A stretch of DNA of 64,000 nt, taken from contig JBEKSS010000007.1 in the NCBI GenBank assembly GCA_049516875.1, positions 96,001 to 160,000 on the forward strand, given 5' to 3'. The stretch comes from Candidatus Bathyarchaeia archaeon. GTDB taxonomy: Archaea; Thermoproteota; Bathyarchaeia; Bathyarchaeales; Bathycorpusculaceae. Position 1 is the stretch's first letter, and each line of letters begins with the position of its first letter. Below are positions 50,388 to 59,840 of the stretch, piece by piece. Both the position numbers and the translations under genes were made by a program. The notes beneath the pieces are model-generated. The model did not search any database and had not been told where the DNA came from. It saw only the letters and a program-made list of their open reading frames with translations.

Positions 50388-51644
50388 CTATGGCCAAAGG
50401 CCCAGAGTCTTTATTGCTTCCGCAACTCTTCCCACACCAAGCATCAGAGCGGCTGTGCGCATGTCGCTTTCTTCTTTCTTTGCTGTTCTATGGACATCAT
50501 TGAATGCTTTGACCATTTTGCTTTCCAATTTCCTGTTCACATCTTCCAACGACCAGCGTTCGCGTGTCAGATTTTGAACCCACTCAAAATAGCTCGCTGT
50601 GACTCCGCCCGAGTTCGCTAGGATGTCTGGAATGAGGACTATTCCTTTTTCGTGAAGCGCTTTGTCAGCTTCAGGCGTTGTTGGTCCGTTTGCTCCCTCA
50701 GCTACTATCTTTGCCTCTATTCTGTTTACGTTTGTTTTCGTTATCTGGTTTTCCAGTGCTGCAGGTATTAGTATGTCACATTTTGTTTCAAGTATCTCTT
50801 TGTTTGTGACGTTTTCGCTTCCTTCGAAGTTAGTGACAGATCCAGTTTTAGACTTATGTTCATAGACTCTGTAAGGGTTCAAACCTTTGGAAGAGCAGAT
50901 TCCACCAGTTGAATCGCTCACTGCCAATATCTTGCACCCCAAGTCGTATGCTATCTTGGCAGCGTTCCAGCCTACGTTGCCAAAGCCTTGAACCGCGGCT
51001 GTGGCTCCTTTCAGCTTCAGGCCAGTTTGTTTGGCGGCTTCTCTTGCGCAAACGACGACGCCTAGCGAGGTCGCTTCTGATCTTCCTTCTGAGCCGCCTA
51101 TGCTGAGGGGTTTTCCGGTGACGCATTCTGGGACGCTGTAGCCCCTTATCTGGCTGTAGGTGTCCATTATCCATGCCATGGTTTGGGCGTCTGTGTAGAC
51201 GTCGGGAGCTGGCACATCGCGGTATGGGCCGATGAAATCGTAGAGCAAGCTCGTATACCGTCTTGTCATTCTTTCTAGCTCGCCCTTTGACATTTTCTTC
51301 GGGTTACAGCAGACTCCTCCTTTCGCTCCGCCGTAGGGAATGTCTACCACTGCGCATTTCCACGTCATCCACATTGCCAGTGCGGCCACTTCGTCCAATG
51401 TGACCTTCGGATGGTATCTTATTCCTCCTTTGAATGGCCCCCTCGCATCCCAATGTTGCACGCGGCAACCACTGAAAACGCTTATGTTCCCGTCGTCCAT
51501 TTTCACTGAAATGGAGACGATGAGTGACCGTTTTGGATTTGCCAACATTTCACGTAATCCTGAGTCAAGTTTCAATCTTTCCGCTGCTATTGTCAGCTGC
51601 TCTAGGGCGACAGACAGTGCCGTTTGTGTTCCTGCCACGGACAA
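50388..51644 (-). CDS. gdhA: Glutamate dehydrogenase
   Basis: GPFKGGIRYH, GGAKGG, DVPAPD, QGFGNVG, EGANGP, NSGGV..SYFEW. Confidence 0.97.
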   Translation of the reverse strand: MSVAGTQTALSVALEQLTIAAERLKLDSGLREMLANPKRSLIVSISVKMDDGNISVFSGCRVQHWDARGPFKGGIRYHPKVTLDEVAALAMWMTWKCAVVDIPYGGAKGGVCCNPKKMSKGELERMTRRYTSLLYDFIGPYRDVPAPDVYTDAQTMAWIMDTYSQIRGYSVPECVTGKPLSIGGSEGRSEATSLGVVVCAREAAKQTGLKLKGATAAVQGFGNVGWNAAKIAYDLGCKILAVSDSTGGICSSKGLNPYRVYEHKSKTGSVTNFEGSENVTNKEILETKCDILIPAALENQITKTNVNRIEAKIVAEGANGPTTPEADKALHEKGIVLIPDILANSGGVTASYFEWVQNLTRERWSLEDVNRKLESKMVKAFNDVHRTAKKEESDMRTAALMLGVGRVAEAIKTLGLWP

Positions 51645-51717
51645 TTCCTTCAGTTCCTATGGCTGAGGCTTTAATGCATTTAAGCGTTGCCTAAAAAATC
51701 AAAAAAAGGAGGGTATG

Positions 51718-53325
51718 TTATTCGAGGATTCTTTCGATCGCGTCTTTTTCTACTTCGTCGGCCATTGGTATGCCTGTAACCTTAGCGGCTCTTTCGGACA
51801 GGCTCATCAGATCATTTCTGTTGACGAGTTCCAGTTTCCATTTTCTGTTTCCAGCTAAGAGCTGCTTTAGTCCGACGCCTACCCGGTCGGTTAGATAAGT
51901 GTAGAGTCCTATGGCTTCCCAGGGTATTTCTTTGAAGCGTGTCCCGTATTTTGCCTTCAGTTCCGGCGTAGCGATGAAGAACTTCTCGGGTGTAGCGCCA
52001 AACTTGTCGGCGAAGGCTTTTGGCAGTTTGCCTTCTTCCGATAGTTGCTTGAAATAGCTGGACTTCATGACTGCGGTTATTGGTGAACGTCCCAGCAGAA
52101 CGGCTTTCACGAACGGGCCGTTTCCGAAGTTGCTCATTGCTATCGCCTTGAACATGGATGTTTCTTCTATGAATCCGCCGGCCATTATTAGGTCTGGAAC
52201 GTAGCGTCCTTTCTTTTTCAGTATTTGTGCGCATCTTAGGACTATGGTTTCTAGGTAGACTGTGGGGATGCTCATTTCGTCCATCATTGGTACCGGGCTC
52301 ATGCCTGTTCCGCCTCCGGCTCCGTCGAAGGAAACGTAGTCGATTTTGGCTTCTGATGCCATCTTCATCGTGTAAGCGACAGCTGACGGTCTGTATGCTC
52401 CTGTTTTGAGTGTTACGTGTTTTGCCCCTTGCTTCCTCAGCCATTCAATGTCTTCTATGAAGCTCTTCTCTTTGGGTATGCCTACTCTGCTGTGTCTCTC
52501 GAAGGATTTGAACACGCCTTCTTTGAATGCTTTCTGAACATTGGGGTCTTCGGGGTCCGGGATGACTATGTAACCTCTTTTCTTTAGCAATATGGCCTTT
52601 TCCAGGTCTCGTACGCGCACTTCGCCTCCGATGGCCTTTGCACCCTGTCCCCATTTTCTTTCAATGACGTTCACTTCGAGTTTTGAAATGGCGTAGACAT
52701 CGACACCTAGTCTCTGGTCTTCCACGTTTGTTTGTATGACTATCTCTCCATATTTTCCGTCCCAGAACTTTCGGAACAGGTCTACCCTACGCTTCAGTTC
52801 TTTAGATTGCGTGATCTTGCCGTTTGTAATCTGCGCCTCTGCGTCCATGCCGCCAACGTTTTCTCCCACTATCACTGATGTGCCAGCGAGAGCTGCACCT
52901 ATTGCCAAGCCTTCCCAGTTGAGTCTTGCAACATCCGTTGAGCCAAATGCACCGTTTAAAATCGGAACTTTTAGCGGTATGCCTCCAACTTTTGTTTCCA
53001 CGTTGACGTTTGGGAATATGGCAACGTCAGAGTTAGGCTCAATGCCTTGTGCTTCGAAAAGACCTGCCTGTATGTTGAAGTGTGACCAATCTAATCCGAA
53101 GTCTTTCAGAGCGCCTGCGGTACTGGTGCCGAACTGGACTGGTTCGGGATAAAGTGCTTCTCTTCCTCTGAAGGCGGATAGGCTTATCTCGCACAAGAAT
53201 GGACAATCACGTATGCATAGGGGGCACATTCCGCTTGTCGGGCTTGTGTCTTTGACGCGTGTTTGGGTTCCGCTCGATGATTTGCCGTTTAAATAAGCAC
53301 TGTTTTTGTGTACACGTTCTGACAT
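51718..53325 (-). CDS. FMN-binding glutamate synthase family protein (stand-alone GltB FMN domain)
   Basis: CxxCxxxCxxxC N-terminus, GENV, KWGQGAKAIGGE, LKTG, DGAGGGTG. Confidence 0.9.
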   Translation of the reverse strand: MSERVHKNSAYLNGKSSSGTQTRVKDTSPTSGMCPLCIRDCPFLCEISLSAFRGREALYPEPVQFGTSTAGALKDFGLDWSHFNIQAGLFEAQGIEPNSDVAIFPNVNVETKVGGIPLKVPILNGAFGSTDVARLNWEGLAIGAALAGTSVIVGENVGGMDAEAQITNGKITQSKELKRRVDLFRKFWDGKYGEIVIQTNVEDQRLGVDVYAISKLEVNVIERKWGQGAKAIGGEVRVRDLEKAILLKKRGYIVIPDPEDPNVQKAFKEGVFKSFERHSRVGIPKEKSFIEDIEWLRKQGAKHVTLKTGAYRPSAVAYTMKMASEAKIDYVSFDGAGGGTGMSPVPMMDEMSIPTVYLETIVLRCAQILKKKGRYVPDLIMAGGFIEETSMFKAIAMSNFGNGPFVKAVLLGRSPITAVMKSSYFKQLSEEGKLPKAFADKFGATPEKFFIATPELKAKYGTRFKEIPWEAIGLYTYLTDRVGVGLKQLLAGNRKWKLELVNRNDLMSLSERAAKVTGIPMADEVEKDAIERILE

Positions 53326-53380
53326 TCTTCTCTCTCCTTTACATTTGCAAACTTTTGGACTAGGATGTTTGACTTAATCA

Positions 53381-53430
53381 GCATTTAAGCGTTACCTTGG
53401 AACGGCGTAGAAATGAACATTTATGAACAT
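53381..53430 (-). promoter_or_regulatory. BRE/TATA shared with the gdh promoter, plus a direct repeat
   Basis: GCATTTAAGCGTTRCCT at 53381 and 51676; ATGAACAT-TT-ATGAACAT at 53413-53430. Confidence 0.55.
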
Positions 53431-53682
53431 GGAACCGTAGCTGAGTTCGTTTTGTAAGACTTTGAACGTCTTCCCTTGGGCAAGTATCTGCGGCGCTTAC
53501 AAGTCTGAGTTTGTCATACGCGAACGTTCAAGTCCCATTCTTCTTGGAAGCGTCAATAAGTTGTGATGTGCTCAATGGATGATTGGGGTCTTCAAACACG
53601 TCAATTCTTTGATGCAAGTATACTTTTATTAGTGCATGAAAATAACGTATAATCGGGAGGCTTGCTCGGATTGAGTTTTGAG

Positions 53683-54642
53683 ATGTGGGCTGAAAAGTAC
53701 AGGCCGAAGAGGCTGAGCGAGATCGTTGACCAGAAAGATATTGTTGAGCGACTGAAGAGCTTCACGAAATCCAGAAACGTGCCACACTGCATTTTTGCAG
53801 GGCCGCCGGGCACTGGGAAAACCACTGCAGCTCTTTGCTTGGCAAGAGACCTTTACGGTGATGCTTATAGAGAGCACACGATGGAGTTGAATGCGAGCGA
53901 CGAGAGAGGAATTGATGTTGTTAGGGAGAAAGTGAAGACTTTTGCGAGAGTGAAATCGATTGGAGAGGTTCCGTTTAAAATAATGATTTTGGATGAGGCA
54001 GACAACATGACTTCGGATGCTCAGCAAGCCCTGAGGCGCACGATGGAGCGTTACACAGAGACGTGCCGGTTCATCATGTGCGCCAATTATAGTGGAAAAA
54101 TAATAGAGCCTATCCAATCCAGATGTGCCCCTTTCCGCTTCACCTATCTGCCGAGAGAAGCGCACGATTCTTACTTGAAAGAGATAGCTGAAAAAGAAAA
54201 ATTGAAGCTGTCAAGTGAGGGTTTGGATGCCATTTTCGAGATTTGCGGTGGAGACCTGAGAAAGGCCATCAACACTCTGCAGAGCGCGGCTTCGTTAGGC
54301 AAACCTGTAGACGCAAAAGTCATCTATTCAATCACTGGAAAAGCCAGCCCTGCAGACGTGCAAAAGATGGTAAAAACTGCCATGGACGGCGACTTCCTTG
54401 AAGCAAGAAAACAGTTGCGTGACATGATCCAGAAATACGGGGTAGCCGGAAGCGACGTGATCCGTCAGATTCACACGGAAATCTTCAGAGCTGAGCTTCC
54501 TGAGCAGTGGAAGATAAAACTGGCTGACGTTGTGGGAGAGGCGGATTTCAGGCTAGTTGAAGGCGCTGATGAAGAGATTCAGTTAAGCGCCTTGCTGGCT
54601 AGGCTCGTTGAAGCTGGCTACGATTTGAAAAACGCAAGATAG
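53683..54642 (+). CDS. rfcS: Replication factor C small subunit
   Basis: WAEKYRP, GPPGTGKT, ELNASDERG, DEAD, SRC. Confidence 0.98.
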   Translation: MWAEKYRPKRLSEIVDQKDIVERLKSFTKSRNVPHCIFAGPPGTGKTTAALCLARDLYGDAYREHTMELNASDERGIDVVREKVKTFARVKSIGEVPFKIMILDEADNMTSDAQQALRRTMERYTETCRFIMCANYSGKIIEPIQSRCAPFRFTYLPREAHDSYLKEIAEKEKLKLSSEGLDAIFEICGGDLRKAINTLQSAASLGKPVDAKVIYSITGKASPADVQKMVKTAMDGDFLEARKQLRDMIQKYGVAGSDVIRQIHTEIFRAELPEQWKIKLADVVGEADFRLVEGADEEIQLSALLARLVEAGYDLKNAR

Positions 54643-54652
54643 GTGCACAGTC

Positions 54653-55912
54653 TTGCACTATGCTTGGACTGCTGAGCACAAACCCAAATCACTAACCGAG
54701 ATCATTGGGAATGCTGACTCGATTCAAAAGCTCGTCGACTGGGTAAAATCTTGGGAAAAAGGCGTTCCTAAGAAGAGAGCCGCCTTTCTTTATGGGCCGC
54801 CGGGCGTGGGGAAAACGGTCACGGTGGAAGCATTGGTCCATGATTGTGACATGGAATTCGTGGAGAAAAACGCGAGCGATTATCGGACTGAGGAGGCAAT
54901 AAACCGGTTTGCAGGGCTAGCCTCACAATACGGGTCACTGTTTGGTGAAAAGAGAATAATTCTTCTGGATGAATTGGACGGGTTAACCGGGACTTCAGAC
55001 AGAGGCGGGGTAAAGGCGATAACCGACGTAGTCAAAGATGCCCAGTGCCCAATAGTCTTGATTGCCAACAGCGCATATGACCCTCGCTTCTCCAATCTAC
55101 GTAGCTACTGCCTTTTGATAGAGTTTAAGAAGCCGCCGGCAGGCGAGGTTGCGAAGCGTTTGAAGCTGATAAGTGAAGACGAGGGGATTCAAGCAGGCGA
55201 CGCTGCGTTGAAGTTCATCGCTCAACGCTCAGGAGGCGACGTGCGTTCGGCAGTGAACGATCTTCAAGCGCTGGGTCAAGGTAAGAAAGAGTTGACCTAT
55301 GACGACGTCTCTTGGCTGGGTTACCGAGATAGGCAGGACAGCATCTTCAACGTGTTAAGGATGATACTCTACGGAAAAACCTGCGCTAGCACAAAGCAGG
55401 CTATCAACATGGTAGACGTCGACACTGACATGCTTTTCGAGTGGATATACGAGAATGTCCCCGCACACCTGACAGACCCGCATGACCTAGCTGACGCGAT
55501 GGGTGCACTGTCTGTTGCGGATGTTTATCGCGGCAGAATCCGGGCAACTCAAGACTGGGGTTTCATGCGCTACGTGACAGATTACATGACTGCTGGCGTA
55601 GCTTTGGCTAGAAAGAACACCAAAACATCAGGATGGATCCCGTTCAAATTTCCAGAACGCATACAGATGCTGTCGCGTTCCAGAGCAGAACGCGCTATGC
55701 AGTTTAGCATAGGTGCCAAGGTTAAACGGAAAAGCCACATTTCAGCTAAAAGAGCCTCAAAGGAAATAGTTCCCTACCTAAAGATAATTTTTGGAAATAA
55801 CGCCGAGATGGCGGCTGGGCTGGCGAAGTGGCTGGACTTGGATCGGGAAATGGTTGAGTACCTGGTCGGTAGCGAGGAAAAAGCTGAACCGATCATCAAA
55901 CTTATGGGTTGA
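54653..55912 (+). CDS. rfcL: Replication factor C large subunit
   Basis: GPPGVGKT, NASD.R, DELD, GDVRSAVNDLQ, WIYEN. Confidence 0.96.
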   Translation: MHYAWTAEHKPKSLTEIIGNADSIQKLVDWVKSWEKGVPKKRAAFLYGPPGVGKTVTVEALVHDCDMEFVEKNASDYRTEEAINRFAGLASQYGSLFGEKRIILLDELDGLTGTSDRGGVKAITDVVKDAQCPIVLIANSAYDPRFSNLRSYCLLIEFKKPPAGEVAKRLKLISEDEGIQAGDAALKFIAQRSGGDVRSAVNDLQALGQGKKELTYDDVSWLGYRDRQDSIFNVLRMILYGKTCASTKQAINMVDVDTDMLFEWIYENVPAHLTDPHDLADAMGALSVADVYRGRIRATQDWGFMRYVTDYMTAGVALARKNTKTSGWIPFKFPERIQMLSRSRAERAMQFSIGAKVKRKSHISAKRASKEIVPYLKIIFGNNAEMAAGLAKWLDLDREMVEYLVGSEEKAEPIIKLMG

Positions 55913-55928
55913 GGACCGTTCGTCCTTG

Positions 55929-56255
55929 CTAATGTATTTTGCTTCCTTGTGCTATGTCTTTTTCAGGCTGCAAAACCACAACGTTGCCCTTTTCGTCTTC
56001 AGCCGCGAATATCATGCACTGGGATTCGACGCCCATTAGCTTGCGTCGCTGAAGGTTGAGAATAAAGGCGCATTTTTTGCCCACGAGATCCTCGGGCTTG
56101 TACCATTGTAAGAGTCCAGCAACGGCTTGTCTCTTTTCAGTTCCAAAATCAACGATCATTCTTATGAGGCTTCGTGAGCTTGGGATTTGGTTGGCTTCTA
56201 TTATTTCTCCAACGCGGAGATCGAGTTTTTGAAATTCATCAAAGGAGATTTCCAA
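55929..56255 (-). CDS. Trbp111/CsaA-type tRNA-binding OB-fold protein (free MetRS C-domain)
   Basis: ISFDEF.KLDLRVG, VD.G.E.RQ.VAG, NL..RK..G..SQ.M. Confidence 0.92.
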   Translation of the reverse strand: MEISFDEFQKLDLRVGEIIEANQIPSSRSLIRMIVDFGTEKRQAVAGLLQWYKPEDLVGKKCAFILNLQRRKLMGVESQCMIFAAEDEKGNVVVLQPEKDIAQGSKIH

Positions 56256-56296
56256 TTCTTAGTCACTGTTTTTCAGTTTTCACGCGGACTGAGCTA

Positions 56297-57019
56297 TTAA
56301 GTTTTGTGCGCTTTTCTTCTGCGATTTATTTTTTCTACCGCTCTCGCAACACCTTCCCAGCCTTCGACGGACTTTGAATAGACTATTTCCAAAGCTTCCT
56401 TCGAAGTCATTCTGAACAGTTCCTGACCGACAGCTCTTCTTGAAAGGTATCCTGCCGCGTTCAAGATTTCGCTGTTCAACCGTGAATCTGTCGAGTCTGC
56501 CAAGTGGCAGATTAAAGCCTCAATAGTCTTCGGTCTTATCGGGCTGGCCTCCCCATGGTGAGCAGACACAATGTGGACCAGTTCTAAGGGGAAGCCCCTT
56601 CGTACAAGCTCTGAAGTTGCAAGTGATAGGTGGTCTAGGTAGTCGGCTAAGCGTGTTGAGCTGTAGCTTCCGTTCTTGTTGATAGAGTATGTTGCTGGTT
56701 TGAAAATGTCGTGTAACAGGACGCCGGATATAATAAGGTCACGGTTTACATTACCGTTATATATCTTCTCCACGGAGTCGCACATTGCTAATGCGAGGTT
56801 TGCTGTTGAAGCAACGTGTTCAACGTATCCGCCAGGGTAGCTGTGGTGACGTGATATTCCGGCTGGCGATGTTTCAAGAGGCAAACCTGAGTATGTTTCC
56901 CCGTTGATCTCGATAGTGGGGTTTTTCAACAATTCAATGACCTTCTTACGAAGGGGTTCGCTGCGAATCTTTCTTGCTATCGCACTGAGTTTTGAGTTTA
57001 GCAATTTGTTCACTATCAC
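56297..57019 (-). CDS. YhaM/CBF1-like HD-domain nuclease lacking the N-terminal OB fold
   Basis: PAG..HHSYPGG..EH, LLHDIFK, H, AHHG, P.T.EA.I.H.AD..DS. Confidence 0.8.
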   Translation of the reverse strand: MIVNKLLNSKLSAIARKIRSEPLRKKVIELLKNPTIEINGETYSGLPLETSPAGISRHHSYPGGYVEHVASTANLALAMCDSVEKIYNGNVNRDLIISGVLLHDIFKPATYSINKNGSYSSTRLADYLDHLSLATSELVRRGFPLELVHIVSAHHGEASPIRPKTIEALICHLADSTDSRLNSEILNAAGYLSRRAVGQELFRMTSKEALEIVYSKSVEGWEGVARAVEKINRRRKAHKT

Positions 57020-57707
57020 GGGTTTTAACTGTTGAGAGGATATTGATTTTTCGTTTTTCGTTTGTTGCTATTCTGTGGGCTGTGAGAATGGGTTCTGGTA
57101 TGCGGTTATTTTTGGCGCAGTGTTTGACTATTTTGACGGCGGTTTCGAGCGAGACCCTGTTTCCAACGCTGACATAGACCGGCCTGCACCCGCTCTTCGT
57201 GATAACAGCCGCGCCAACGGTCTTTTGGTCAGACTCGATGAGGTTGGCTTCTACTCTGGATATGACCGTTTTGACTTCGCCAATCAGTCTGCTTTTTGCA
57301 ACACCGATAGCTGGTTTTCTCAAAACGAGTCCAAGATGGCTTGCAAATCCGCAGTGATAAGGGTGCGCAAAACCGTAACCGTCTACTAGGAACAGATCCG
57401 GTTGTGCGTGGAGTTTTCGGATGCACAGAACAGCGGGTCTTATTTCTCTGAAGGAAAGTAAGGTTGGAACGTAGGGAAAGCGAGTTTTGCAGAAGGCTGT
57501 TTGCTTTTCCACAAGCTTGAGAGAGTCATAGTCAAGGACGGCCACAGCTCCTATGGACACGTCATCAGCATAGGCGACGTCTACCCCCGCCACTAACTGG
57601 ATTTTCTTGGGTAATTTGTCCTCGCAAATAATCTTCTCGGACATGCGTAGCTGAGCTTCATGGGCTTTCTTAGCGGAAAAACCGCGTCTATTGCTGTCCT
57701 CATCCAT
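56946..57707 (-). CDS. nfi: Endonuclease V
   Basis: AGVDVAY, PYVPTLLSFRE, VDG.G..HP, GVAK, PVYVS.G, PEP...AH. Confidence 0.96.
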   Translation of the reverse strand: MDEDSNRRGFSAKKAHEAQLRMSEKIICEDKLPKKIQLVAGVDVAYADDVSIGAVAVLDYDSLKLVEKQTAFCKTRFPYVPTLLSFREIRPAVLCIRKLHAQPDLFLVDGYGFAHPYHCGFASHLGLVLRKPAIGVAKSRLIGEVKTVISRVEANLIESDQKTVGAAVITKSGCRPVYVSVGNRVSLETAVKIVKHCAKNNRIPEPILTAHRIATNEKRKINILSTVKTRDSEQIAKLKTQCDSKKDSQRTPS

Positions 57708-57732
57708 GTTTTTTTGCGGCGCACCTTTGGGT

Positions 57733-58371
57733 TCATTTCTTGCTTTTTGCGTGTTTTTCAAACTGTCTCAGATGCTTCTCAAGCTGGTTTCTCCGGATTT
57801 CTTGGGTTACGTCTCCACGGGTGATCTCGATGATTTTTCTGGCAACGTCGCATTTTCTTCTCAGACCTGGAACAAGCATGTAAGATTCGTCCATAGCCAT
57901 GAGTTCGATGTAGATTTGGTCCATTGTTTGCAAGTATTGTTCACCTTTCTTGGTGTCGCCTTCGCGCAGAGCATCCAGCGCTGCACGTCTGCATTCGCCT
58001 ATTACATCGGCCAGTCCAAGCACGTAATCGTCTGAAGGGGCATCAATTTCCTTAGGTGTTATGAACCTCGATTCCTGGATTAGCTTCAGGAATATGTTTG
58101 CTTCTGAGTATTCTTGAAGCGTAGCGCTGTATAGACCGCAATAAATGATGCTGGGATGCGTGGCTGAGAGGTTGTTGACCTTTGAAATGGTTTTGCGTGC
58201 TTTTTCAATGAATTTTTCTGCTTCTTTCAACCTTTTTTGGTGAATGAGAAGTATTGCCTGTTTCGAAAGGCTTGTTGCTTTTCTTAGATATCCGTAAGTT
58301 GTTTCTCGCACTTTGTCCTTGTACATCAGCTCTTTTCTAGTTTCGCTTAGGACAGTTCTCAGAGTGTCCAT
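57733..58371 (-). CDS. Translin/Trax (C3PO) family endoribonuclease
   Basis: QEYSEA, YVLGLADVIGECRR, LRRKCD. Confidence 0.92.
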   Translation of the reverse strand: MDTLRTVLSETRKELMYKDKVRETTYGYLRKATSLSKQAILLIHQKRLKEAEKFIEKARKTISKVNNLSATHPSIIYCGLYSATLQEYSEANIFLKLIQESRFITPKEIDAPSDDYVLGLADVIGECRRAALDALREGDTKKGEQYLQTMDQIYIELMAMDESYMLVPGLRRKCDVARKIIEITRGDVTQEIRRNQLEKHLRQFEKHAKSKK

Positions 58372-58474
58372 TATGTTAGCACCTTGTTCAAGGATGGAAT
58401 ATGAAGAATAAACAAGTATTTTATCGTATCCTCAAAAATAGGGACGGGTGATTGCTGTCCTCTGCAGTGCTTAC

Positions 58475-58672
58475 TCATTGCTCAAGTACTGGTTCTTTCC
58501 ATTTCTCTACAAGCAGTCTGCTGTCGCCGCTTGGTTTGAAGGACACCTTTACGAATATAGAGTCGGAGCCTTTGAACGGGAACATGCTGTCTTCGGCTAA
58601 GTCTTTTGGCAGGTAGATGAGGTATTTGCCGTCTTTTCTTCTGAATAGGCGCCCTCTTCCGTCATTAACCAT
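58475..58672 (-). CDS. Small AbrB/SpoVT-like protein
   Basis: GK-YLIYLPKDLA...FPF...V.V..LLV swapped-hairpin pattern; GAGGTG RBS. Confidence 0.65.
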   Translation of the reverse strand: MVNDGRGRLFRRKDGKYLIYLPKDLAEDSMFPFKGSDSIFVKVSFKPSGDSRLLVEKWKEPVLEQ

Positions 58673-58813
58673 CTGTTAACACCTCGATTCAATCTTTGGT
58701 TCAAGAGCAAGGGTAATGCCTGAGGAAATATTTAAGCTTTGTTCTCATTTGATTCAAGAAGAAGTACCCAAGAAAAGCCGAAGTCTAAAAACTTGACTTA
58801 ATTGCAACGAATA

Positions 58814-59791
58814 TTATCCGTTGCCAAATTTTCTTGAACTCTCGAGTTTGCTTAGAAGTACAACGCGGCTTTCTGTAGATTCATTGGTTAGATTGTAATC
58901 AGTCAGGTTTGCAAGTTGCTTTGAGAATTCGCGTATCTCATCGTGGCTTGGCGTGTTTTGATAGCCTAGGCGCTTTCTAGAAAACCCAACATGCATGTAG
59001 GCTTTTACTTCGATGTGTGTTGGCTCCGCTTTTCTGATGAGCCCGGCGTAGCCCTGTATGTTTCTCATATTCAAGCCACGCACAGACGTTATACGTATTA
59101 CTGTTGGGCATTTGAAGTTGGGCAAATTGTCCAAAGTTTTGTTTAGTTCTTCCCAACCTCTTGAGATTTGAGGGCGGCACACTTTTTTGAACGTCTCTTT
59201 GTCTGGGGCGCAGACGGAAATGTAGAGTTGTGTGGGTTCTTCGCTCAGCTTTGCTAAAGCTGAGGGCATCGTTCCGTTCGAAACAAGAAAGGTCGTGAAT
59301 GCATTCTTGTGGAAGCTTCTAATCAGTTCGCCGATGTGGCTGTAGAGTGTCGGTTCGCCGGTCAGGCTTATGGCCACATGTTTGGGGTTCAGGGCTTCTC
59401 TTAATTTCTGCTTGTTTGCTTTTGGGTTGTCTTTGTATCCGCTTAGAATCGCATGTTGTGCTCTAATGCTTTCTTCTACGATTTCCTCGGGAGAATCCCA
59501 TTTGGGCAATCTGAGTTCATTCCATGAGGTTTGGAGGTCTCCGCTTTGAGCTCTCCAACAGAAAAGGCACTGTTGTGTACAGTAGAAGGCGGTAGGTGTC
59601 ATTTGTATGCATTGATCTGTTTTTATTCCGTAGAACTTTTGTTTGTAGCACGGTCGGTCGTGGATCAAGGTTTCGTAGAGCCATCTGCACCTTTTGACAG
59701 CTGAATGTCTGCCAACAAAATGGTATTTCTGTTTCTTTAAATCGTCGATGAGGGTGGCCGGGACATATGTTTCCAACGTAATCACTTTCAA
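58814..59791 (-). CDS. taw1: 4-demethylwyosine synthase Taw1 (TYW1), radical SAM
   Basis: HSAVK.C.W, CYK..FYGI, CTQQCLFCWR, ISLTGEP, EVKAY..VG.S. Confidence 0.96.
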   Translation of the reverse strand: MKVITLETYVPATLIDDLKKQKYHFVGRHSAVKRCRWLYETLIHDRPCYKQKFYGIKTDQCIQMTPTAFYCTQQCLFCWRAQSGDLQTSWNELRLPKWDSPEEIVEESIRAQHAILSGYKDNPKANKQKLREALNPKHVAISLTGEPTLYSHIGELIRSFHKNAFTTFLVSNGTMPSALAKLSEEPTQLYISVCAPDKETFKKVCRPQISRGWEELNKTLDNLPNFKCPTVIRITSVRGLNMRNIQGYAGLIRKAEPTHIEVKAYMHVGFSRKRLGYQNTPSHDEIREFSKQLANLTDYNLTNESTESRVVLLSKLESSRKFGNG

Positions 59792-59840
59792 GCGTGTTGC
59801 GCGGATGTCTTAGAGGGGGAGAAGCGAGATGAAGGCAGTG

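Noticed and set aside
47623-55912. Inteins in MCM or RFC
   Set aside because: Lengths are normal and motifs are contiguous.
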